Assembly: GCA_030167865.1 (NCBI GenBank)
Contig: JALAGF010005391.1
Span: 1 to 37,544 of the forward strand
From: Craspedostauros australis
Taxonomy: Eukaryota
Direction: 5' to 3'
Length of the DNA: 37,544 nucleotides
Under the pieces are notes generated by a model. It saw nothing but the letters and a program-made list of their open reading frames with translations, was not told the origin of the DNA and did no database searches. A program made the translations under genes and the position numbers. Shown here piece after piece: positions 23,820-33,900 of this stretch (positions within the stretch are counted from its first letter, which is position 1; each line of letters starts with the position of its first letter).

Positions 23820-24869
23820 GGGATTTTAGAATCGGAGAGGTGTCAAATGCAACATTCGAGTCATACTGCACTGTTGAGAGGTGAGGGCAGCGCATGGCAT
23901 AGCGCGGTTAGGATGCGGTTTCACTCCTCACGTGGCAAGATAGAATAGTATTATATTGGATAACATTATGTCAACGAAGGAAGGGCAAGGCATGCGGAGG
24001 TGATCGTCGCGAGAACTTTCCAAGACAGTGCAACTTTCTCGGCATGGCTTCACGCACCAATACATGGCACAGCAATTGTGGCCATGGATCAGCGCCTTGA
24101 ATGAATTCGGAGTCTTGCGCAGCGACACAACATGTACTCCGGCCCGCGATGAAGCACCCTTGAGATAGCACACATTGTCCACTCCGGCTTGCTCATCGTT
24201 CGGACAGACATAAAATTGTTGCTGCACTCAAGCAGAACCACCATGCCGTGCGTTGGACATCGTGCACACATACTCAAAGCAATAATGGAGAGCATGGCAG
24301 CCAACTAATCCTATAATATGTATTGTATTATACTAATACGAGCACTCGTAGATGTTTCCCTCCTCCTCGCCCACTCCTTTAGCTTTGATTCAAGCGCAAC
24401 CAATCTCCACGAATGTGACGAAAATTGGAAGCACAGCCGAAGTCTTTGAGGCGTGCCTCCAGTCGTGTGTAGCGCGGTACGTTAATCGTGCGAATCACGC
24501 GGTTCGTGTTCTTGATGATGTTTCTTCTTTGTTCGTTCGCTTCGCGCCGCGTTCGGAGCTCCTTCGGACAGTGTCACTTCAGTTGGATGCAGAACATCAT
24601 CCACACAAGGTGCCCCCAACCAACTGCGTGCAAGGACAGTACACGAGCCGAGTACGAGCGAAGTATGCGGAGGGAGAAGACTCTTCGCGCCTCCAACCAC
24701 AGGAATCCATCATCACAAGCAACATCGAGCAGCAAAGGGCACTGCCACATTTCAGGGCAGTCCGACACGAAGCATCCATTCCATTGCATTCCACTCTCTA
24801 TTCTGTTCTGATCAATCAATCTACCATACGACATTGGTATTGCTTTAGTCAAGGAAAGAGGCAGGGACC

Positions 24870-27190
24870 ATGCGAAGAGACAATGTCGCGTTGCCGTTGC
24901 ATGTGCTGAACGATGAGTGCAGCAACGGTGATGGGCAGCAAGGTCCAGCCGCAACATCCGACAGCGTGCACGAGTGCAGCGGCAGCAGCACACGCATCGA
25001 AGAAGAAATCCATCAGAACAGGCTTGCGGCTGATGGAACTGCAGCAGATCCTCTCATGCACAACATGTCCGGCGAACCAAATACGGAAGATGCGTCGGAT
25101 GATCCCTTGATCGTGGCGTATGCCAACAACCGCAGCAACGGCCTTCAATTTGGACATGGTGCGTACGAGGTCCCTCTCGCATCGTAGCTTCATCGATGTC
25201 CATCACCACCTTTCCTGCGATCGCATCACGCCAATTCTGCCATGCCTCGTTATATCGTGGCATATCATGTCATGCATTCCGTTCTTCTCGGTCATGCCCC
25301 GATCATCAACTGGAACTCATCCATGCTGCCTTGCTGCATGCCCATCTGACTGTCACCTGCGTTCTTTCGATTCTTTCTCGCTTCTTTGGCCCCGCCGCAC
25401 ATCAAACACAACAACCCCTGCTTTGACGACGATGACGATGTGCGCACAACGTATACCTGCATCCTGCGCACCTGCATACCTGCATATACTTGGGACAGCA
25501 GAAGCCAATCGAAGAGGCGAGAAGCAACCTCCGGCATGCAAAAATGCAATCTTCGGCATCCTGTTCCTCATGCAGCTCATCACCATCATCGGCTTCGCAG
25601 TCACATTCGTCGCCCAGCACTGGCACCCGAAGCATTCGTCTTCACAAACTGATTCTGACGATTACGACGATGATGACGACGACAACCTGCTACCGCCCAT
25701 CGAGGGGCATCACTTTCGCTTCCCTCAGGATTGGATAGGGCTCGTCCTCTTCTTTTCCTGCATCGGATCCATCACTTTGATTCTATCCATCGTTCTGTTC
25801 ATCATCTACTCAGAATGCACGCAGAATGCTGTCCGGGCAAGCCTCATCGTCGCGCCGGGGATCGTGCTGTGCGTGGGCATTCATCGATCATCGATGTTGC
25901 TGCTCGTTTCCGCAATCGTGTGTTTGTACTGGACGAGCATGAATTGGCCTCGGATTCCGTTCGCCGCCGCCAACCTGCAGATCGCGACATTGGCTGTCAA
26001 CGAATACTCGGCCAACATGATGGTGGCCGTCATTGGGATGTTGCTGAGCTTTCTCTGGGTCCTCACATGGTTCATGGCCGTCACGGAGGTCTCCCATCGA
26101 TTCGAGTTGTTCGGAGAGGATGGGCGGCCCGTATTCTGGATGCTGTCCCTGCTCCTGCTCAGCATGTTCTGGACCTGGCAAGCCATTGCGTACACGCTGT
26201 ACGCGACGATCGCAGGCGTTGTGGGAGACTGGTCCACGACATCGTCGGAAGGGCAGCGATTTTTCGCCGTCATGCGATCGTTCGGAAAGAGCATGACTTA
26301 CTCATTTGGCAGCATCTGTCTGGGCGCGTTGGTCATTTCCTCCATCCAGTCCTTCGACTACACCGTCTACGAGATACGGAAGCACAGCCAGCAGCGAAGG
26401 AACTTGTGCTGCTGTCTACTGCAATTCTTCTTTATCCATCTCGAGGCCGTGGCACAATACGTGAACAAATGGGCATTCGGTACGTGCTCTGCTCGTACGT
26501 TCGCTGTTGCATTCATACTGGCTCCCATTGTGCACCGTTCATGATTGCGTGCCATGCGCTTCTCATACTCGACCGTACTCAACTCGCCGTTCACTTTGTC
26601 CGCTCTCATTTCATATCGTATCATGACACGCAACGGCATGCACCGCAATGGCACGCAATGGAATGAAATGAAACCACATCGAAATTCAACCCATCGGCAT
26701 GCAACGCTCTGCTCCGACAGTATACGTTGGCGTGTACGGCTACGGATTTGGCGACGCATCGAAGGTTGCATACGATGTTTTCAAATCGAGAGGATGCTGG
26801 TCCATCGTTGCCAGCAATCATGTGGTTGGAAAGATAATCGCTACGATGAACATTTCGAATGCAACTATCGCAGGCGTGCTGGGTGTCTGCGTTCACCGTT
26901 CCTTCCCGTCCTGGTTGCACGCATTTGCATCCCCCGATTACAAGCACGTGGACAAGGTTTTGGAAGAGAATGCATTCTGGCTGGCGTTCCTGTGCGCATA
27001 CCTCCTCTCATCCATCATGTCGAGGATCGTGCTGAGCGCTGTGGATACGATCATCGTCCGACTTGCCGAATGTCCAGATGAATTGGAACGGAACCAGCCA
27101 GAACTATTCGCCAAGCTGAAAGAGGGATGGGACGTGGCATTCCCAAACGCCGCCGGTATTTTTGACAGACGCGACAACAACAGTCGGTGA
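24870..27190 (+). CDS. Choline transporter-like (CTL/SLC44) multi-pass membrane protein; exons 24870-25158, 25499-26479 and 26721-27190
   Basis: WPRIPFAAANL, TIAGVVGDW, SMTYSFGSICLGAL and YVNKWAF|VYVGVYGYGF (joined by intron 26480-26720), then SAVDTIIVRLAECP. Exon 1 and intron 25159-25498 (phase 1) are frame-compatible but less certain. Confidence 0.85.
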
Positions 27191-28179
27191 GGATTGTTCC
27201 ATGATACGATTCCATGACGAGGATGACGAAGACGAGGGTGATGATGCAATTTTATTTTATTTGCGAATGTTGCCATGCATGTGGGTGTGGGCACAAACAT
27301 GCCTCTTTATCTACAGACTACGGCATGCCCATTCGCAACCACCCGGCTTTGGTGAACGGAGAGATAGAGGAAGGGCTGCTGAGTGAGATGGTGATAGTAA
27401 TACCTGACAAGTGCAGACTTCCACAGACCCCTTGATCTTTCTGTGATGTTTCATATTGTGCACTGCTAAATAGGCTGCTCCGCTCTATTGTTCTACGAGT
27501 ATTAGTGTTGGCATGTCACGGGGTGGTGCCTTGGATCGGACGAGGCTCTCTCCCTCTCGCCGCATGTGTGGCACCGTACAACCGCGTCCCTCTGCCATCT
27601 TTGATGGAACCTTCAACGATCGTGTGTCCAAGACTTCGTCGGCTTGCTTGACGTTGATATGCGTTAAACGACAGTGACTTGGAGTTATATCGGCCGACAA
27701 CACGTGGGAAAGTCGCATCAAAGAAACAGTTCCAGGCACATTCTAAACAAAATTAAAAGCCAGATTTCGCGCCTGTCCATGATGCGTTTTGGATGAATCA
27801 CGAATGTTGCTTTACCCAAGACTCGCAACGACCAATCAACCAATCAACCAACCGACGAATCTCGCGCCACAAAAGAAAACACACAACCACAACAACACTT
27901 GGAACGCAACAGAAGAACGTGCTGCAGAACAGCGCACCTTGGATACGATCAGCACTTCGCTCATCCATCCATCCACCCATCCATCCGTCAGCATTGCTGC
28001 ACGAACAACGACTACGACAAAGGATCATTTGCGTTCCGACTGATCCGATAGATCTTGACCGAGCAGTTCTCCCGAGGTGTTACACTGCACAGACGCTCTA
28101 CAAGCACTCTTTATCGTCCTCAACCTCCACAGGTACACATCAATCAGCACATCAATCAGCACATCAGAACACATCCACG

Positions 28180-29094
28180 ATGGTGCTTTACGTGATCGGT
28201 CTTGGACTTGGCGATGAGAAGGATGTGACGGTGAGAGGGCTGGAGCTGATCAAATCAGCCGACCACGTCTTCCTCGAGGCCTATACCTCCATCTTGGGCG
28301 GTGTGAGTCAAGAGCGGATGGAGGCATTCTATGAGACCGAGATCCGGGTGGCTGATCGTGGTCTGGTGGAAAATGAGGCCGAAGACCTCATCATCCAGCC
28401 CGCCAAGACGCAGAACGTCGCCTTTCTGGTGGTAGGCGATCCAGTTTGCGCCACAACCCACACCGACCTCATCCTGCGTGCGAAGGAGGTGGGGGTAAAG
28501 GTGGAGATGGTGCACAACGCCTCCATCATGGGCGCTGCGGGGGCGTGCGGGCTGCAGCTGTACAACTTCGGCCACACGGTGAGCATCCCATTCTTCGATG
28601 AGAAATGGCGACCGACGAGCTTCTATCCCAAGATCCAGTACAACCGGAAGGGTGGTATGCACACGCTGTGTCTGCTGGATATCAAGGTGAAGGAGCCCGA
28701 CTTCCAGGCCATGATGAAGGGAAGGACAGAATTCCTTCCACCGCGCTACATGTCCGTCAGCAGAGCCGCTGAGCAGCTCCTGGAGGCCGAGGAGAAGCAC
28801 CAGGAGGGTGCCTACGACGGCAGCAAGACCCTCTGCGTGGGTCTTGCACGCATGGGACAGCCAACACAGAAGATGGTGGCGGGGACGCTGGAGGAGTTGG
28901 TGCAGCAGGATATGGGCGAACCATTGCATTCGCTAATCGTGTGCGGCGATCTGCACGATCTGGAGCTGGAGGTTGTGAAGGAGTTCCTGATAGAAGGCTC
29001 GCAGTACGACGTCAAGAATCTGGCCAAGGAGGAAACGGCTGCCACAACAGCGACATCACAAGCAGATACAGATGCCGATGCGGACGAGAGCTGA
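28180..29094 (+). CDS. DPH5: Diphthine methyl ester synthase
   Basis: MVLYVIGLGLGDEKDVTVRGLE, FLEAYTSIL, FLVVGDPVCATTHTDL, HNASIM, GLQLYNFG, HTLCLLDIKVKE and MGEPLHSLIV. Confidence 0.97.
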   Translation: MVLYVIGLGLGDEKDVTVRGLELIKSADHVFLEAYTSILGGVSQERMEAFYETEIRVADRGLVENEAEDLIIQPAKTQNVAFLVVGDPVCATTHTDLILRAKEVGVKVEMVHNASIMGAAGACGLQLYNFGHTVSIPFFDEKWRPTSFYPKIQYNRKGGMHTLCLLDIKVKEPDFQAMMKGRTEFLPPRYMSVSRAAEQLLEAEEKHQEGAYDGSKTLCVGLARMGQPTQKMVAGTLEELVQQDMGEPLHSLIVCGDLHDLELEVVKEFLIEGSQYDVKNLAKEETAATTATSQADTDADADES

Positions 29095-30161
29095 TGCAGA
29101 TGCAGATGCTGATGGGGTACAGATGCCTGATGCCTGATGCGATACAAAATCTACCATTAGCTTGAATGTTGTTGCTGCGAGTTGTCGTCTTGCTGTTGAT
29201 AAATGTCAACGTGACACCCGCCATAACAACGATGGTAATGGAGGGGTTCGAGTGGCTATTTTTTGGCGTGGCCGGCGACTCCAGCCAATCAAATGGCTCA
29301 GACTTTATCACTGGCACGAGCAAGCCATCCCATTGAAGGGTGAATTGAGGGGAGTTTGGGTCATTTCTCCCGAGCTTTGTTGCGCTTGAAGTTCTCATTT
29401 GGAACCGTGTGACGCAGATGATCTGTTCGATTCTCGTTGTGAGCGCTGACAGAGACGGTGGGATTGCGTGGTTGGTTTTGCACGAGGATTTGAACAATTT
29501 TGACACTTTCTCAGAAATCACGTATTGAGCAAATAAAATGCAATTGTTACGTGCAGTATCTCCGAATGAGTATCTTGAGGCGACAAACTCCATTGTCGTA
29601 ACTGAACGACGATTCCGACCGATACCTTCATGATATCGTTGCGTTGGGACTATCGTATGCTCCGTATTGTTGTCGTTGATCGCAAGTACTACCACCATAA
29701 TACCAAATCATACGAAAAATTGACAAAATTGTTTCCACGAAATCCCAACAAACAAGGACGGAAGTGTTCCTTTCTTTGATGTGAACGGCGACACAACGCC
29801 ATCGTCATCACCCATGCCAACATCAACACCAAGATTGACATCAACACAGAAAACGGTATCGACGCTGTCATTGATTCCAACTATGCAGAGGCTTGCACTA
29901 ACAAAAAGGTCCAACCCATGCTCTGTATAGTGCTTGGAACAACTACCTGCTGAACACATTCAGCCACACTTCCGACGATACACATCCAAAGACGCACATC
30001 CAACAACGCAGACTCCATCTGCTTTGTTGGAGGTGATGGCAACATCAAGATAGCCAATTCTATGCATCGCCCATGTGTATCACAGCCAGCCAACAACTGC
30101 CAACTTGCAATGATCATGGCGTTTATTCCAAACATAAGCATTGTTGTGTTCGGCATGTGCT

Positions 30162-30942
30162 TGTTGGCAAGTCCCAATATTGGTACACTTGCTGTTGCTT
30201 GCAACGAAGATGGTGGTAGTGGTTGATCTTGATTCTGTTTGCTATTTCATTACATAGAAACCGATACTCTTGGTGTTGACTCCAGTGCTCCTGGATATCC
30301 TGTCTGTTGATCCAAACCAACTATGAGTCAGATGCAGAGGTGCTCCCTCTCATGATGCTCATCATCGTCCCTGTACTTCTCTCTTACACTTGTTTGCGTA
30401 GCACTCCTATGAGATCCTACACATTCGATTCATTGTTCATCACCTTATCCTCCATGAGCACACTACCATGCGCACGTGTAGGCGCTTTCGTCTAATTCCG
30501 AACTCCTTCTTGACCTTTCAAGATCTTGATGACCAATCGTAATTGAATCTTCCTTGTTCTCTGCCGGATGTTGAGACAGCCGTTGATGTGGTGCCACAAT
30601 GACATCCTGTCAACGTCAGCTGCTCTCTTCCATGCGTTCTCTGATTCCTCATTCCGTCATCATATGGTGGTCAGATGGTCAGGTCGTCATTTCAGGTTTA
30701 GTTGCAACCTCCATCGATCCTTGCTCAATGCCATGTCGGCTGGTGAACGTACAAAAATCCTGATCCTCTCAGGTTAGATTGTCCCAACGTTCCCATGTGA
30801 TTCTTGGGTGATTTGGTGTGTCCGTGTTTGTTTTGTTGTTCTCAAACAAGAAACGTTCGGAACACGAATATTGTCGATGCTAGTTGGTCGAGTCTAGGCG
30901 AACCAATTGGATGGGCGATGCACATACATATACATCTCGACA
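30162..30942 (-). repeat. 3' LTR of the copia element (781 bp, TGTCG...CAACA in element orientation)
   Basis: Begins immediately after the purine tract. Its distal end (tgttggcaag...gaagatggt...tttgctatttcattac on +) is homologous to 37209+ and 37462+. Confidence 0.75.
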
Positions 30943-30950
30943 CCCTTCCT
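30943..30950 (-). promoter_or_regulatory. Polypurine tract (plus-strand primer)
   Basis: AGGAAGGG directly precedes TGTCGAG, 12 nt after the RNase H stop. Confidence 0.7.
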
Positions 30951-30962
30951 GTGTGCATTCGG

Positions 30963-33900
30963 TCATTCGAATGTTCTCGATGTGTCGAGGAACGACTTCT
31001 CATGTTCGCGTTGTAAGTCGGCCTTGATGTTCTTGGTGAATCCGTCGCTTGTATTCTGCTCGGATTTGACAAAAATGATTTCGATGGTCTTGTTGATTAC
31101 CATGTTCCGCACATAGTGATGGCGCACGTCGATGTGCCGTGATTGTTGGGATGTTGATGGATTCTTGGCTATGATGATTGCTCCGATGTTGTCCACGCGG
31201 ACCTTGATCGGTGTCTTCACTGGGACGCCCACACTTTCGAGTAGCTGCATGACGAAGAAGATCTCCTTTGCTGCTTTGGAAAGCGCAACGTATTCTGCTT
31301 CGGATGAGCTGAGTGTGACAGCCTTCTGTGCTTTGGATTGCCAAAGGATTGACACCTTGTATAGGTATAGGATGAACCCTCCTACGCTGATTTTCATGTT
31401 CTTGTCTCCTGCATATTCGCTATCGCAGAAGAGCTCCATGTCCCAGCCGTCGTCGTCTGGACGCACTGGATGGATCTTCAATCCATAGTCCTTTGTATTG
31501 ATCACATACTTGATGATCCGATACATCTCCTTCATTGCGGCCTTGGTGGGCCCAATCAATACCTTGGAGAGTTCCCTTACAGGGTTCGCAATATCTGGTC
31601 ACGAGTGCTTGATGAGGAAGAGTAGCATACCAACGCCTTGGCAATATTTTGCATGTTCTTCTGGTCTGACCTTCTGTAGTCCGATATCTTTGGATGGTCG
31701 TACGATGATTTGACCCGGGTTCCCGTTGTCGCGTAGCGTTGCATCTTTTCAACTTTGGTTCCGAACTCTTCGATGAGGTGTTGGATGAGATGTGGTTGAC
31801 GCAATGTTGCTTTAGTCTTGTCGTGGTTCAGTTCGATGTTGCAGCTGAGGTAGTCTCCGAGTCCGCACTCGATTGTTATCTTGAACTTGCTGCCTTGGAT
31901 GTCCTTCAGGAATCTCTCCAAAGCCTTGGAGTCTCTGCAGCAGAAGCAGCCGTCTACGTAGATGGCCACGATCATGCTTCCTTCGTTCGTCTTCCTGTAG
32001 AACAGGCACGGGATCTGCTGCGCTCTGTTCGAAGTTGATATTCTTGAGGGTCGACACCAACATCTTGAACCATTGCCTGGCGCTCTGCACAAGTCCGTAG
32101 ATTGGCTTATGTAGGGTCAGAGCTTCGTCTGCTTGATGATCCATCCCATTGGGACAGTTCATGTAGATCTCTTTGTCGAGGTCTCCATGTAGGAATGCCG
32201 TTACGACATCGACGAGTACGCAGTCCATCTTCTTGATCAGCATGATCACCATCATGACTTGGTAGGTCATGTCATGGATGACAGGTGAGTAATGCTCTTG
32301 GAAGTCCACTCCTGCAACTTGTGAATAGCCACATGCAACGAGTCGTGCTCGATGTGTACCGTCGCGTTTCAGCTTGAAAACTCATTTGCATTTGCAGCAT
32401 CTGCGGCCGCATGGTATAGCGTCTTGTTTGATCTTGCTGTACACCTTGCATGTATCCATTGAGTCGAACTCCTTTTTGATGGCTGCTCGATATCCCTTTC
32501 AATGGATGGGATCTGGGTGGTTGAAGGCTCCATCGAATGTTGTTGGTTCGATGTGCTTCTCTGGTTCTTTGTTCTCGTCCTGCATCGATAATCCGATATC
32601 GATCGCTGGTGTCTCGGTGATGATTGCGTTCATCCCGTATAGTCCAGTTGTGTTGTGATGAGTGATCTCAATTTCTTCATCTTCATCTGCAATTGCTTTG
32701 TCATCTGTAGTTTCGTTGTTGGATTCGTCAGTTATCTCATCACTCAGTTCGTCACTGTCTTCGTTGGATGATGATTCGCTCTCATAACCTTCCTCCTTTC
32801 GACCTCGTTCGTTGAAGTCTGTGAGCTCACGCAGAGCTCTGGGAATACTCTTCCCTGTAGTTGGCTTGGGATTAGCTTCTCCCTTCCTGCCTTGTGCTTC
32901 ATGATGTCGGATTCTCTCCTTTCTGTTTATGTCACACTTGCTTGGTTTAGTCGGTGGAGGTCTCAATGGTGCGCCATGCGCAGACCTTGCTGGTGTGTTT
33001 GGAGGAGTGACGCCTGTGTCATCGTCGGCTTCGTCGCCGGATGGTTGGATCTCGTCATCCTCGTGGTTGGATTCGTTCCGATCTTCCTCGTCGTTGTTGA
33101 TTAGTTGAGTCGCTGCTCCATCGTCCTCATCATCTTCATCATCACTGTCTGATAGGATGTGATACTTGTTCGTGGCAGTGAAAGATACTCTCTTCGCTTC
33201 TGATGTTCGACGCATTGCCATACTTGGCATCGTTCCCTTCCATTCAATGGTTGTGAAGCCGTCTGCGTCCGTTGTTCCTGCTTCGTTGGATATGTTTGGT
33301 GCTGGCACCCAGCCACAGAACTGTCCTTATGATTGGTTGAGCCACTTGATGTCACAAGAACAGACCAATGACTTGGTTGATGGTCTGTACATGTTGTACA
33401 CTCCTGATGCATGTTGGTGTGCATATCCGATGAACACCATCTCTTCTCCTCTATTCTTGAGTTTGCAGTGATCCCGCCATAGGTAGTCTTCACAACACCC
33501 ACCTCTCCAAATGTGCGGAGTGCATCTGCATATGGTGGATCATTGTCGAAGAACTGGCGATGTGGTGACTCTTTCTGATTCTTCGCTACAGTGATGTTGG
33601 CGATGGCGGTGGCAGTGCTTGCAGCTGCTGCCCACAGGCCATGCCTATGCTCTTCGTCAAGTTGTGCTCCGTTGAGAATGGAGCGGATCTTGGTGTAGAG
33701 GTACACGAACTTGCGTTCCACTCTGTCGTTCTGTTGCGGCGTGTTCGATGCCGTGAACTCGAATTTCACGTTGAGTCCTGCATCGATGAGAGTATCCTGC
33801 GTGGATTTGTTCTCTCCGCTGTTGTTTCCTTGGAAGGTGATTTGTTGATCACCAGTCTGTGACTTGATCGTTTGAACGAATTGTTTGATGTACCCTGGTT

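Noticed and set aside
29012..30161. Minus-strand ORFs next to the copia 3' LTR as a disrupted host gene
   Set aside because: They show no family motifs and lack the codon bias of the neighbouring genes.
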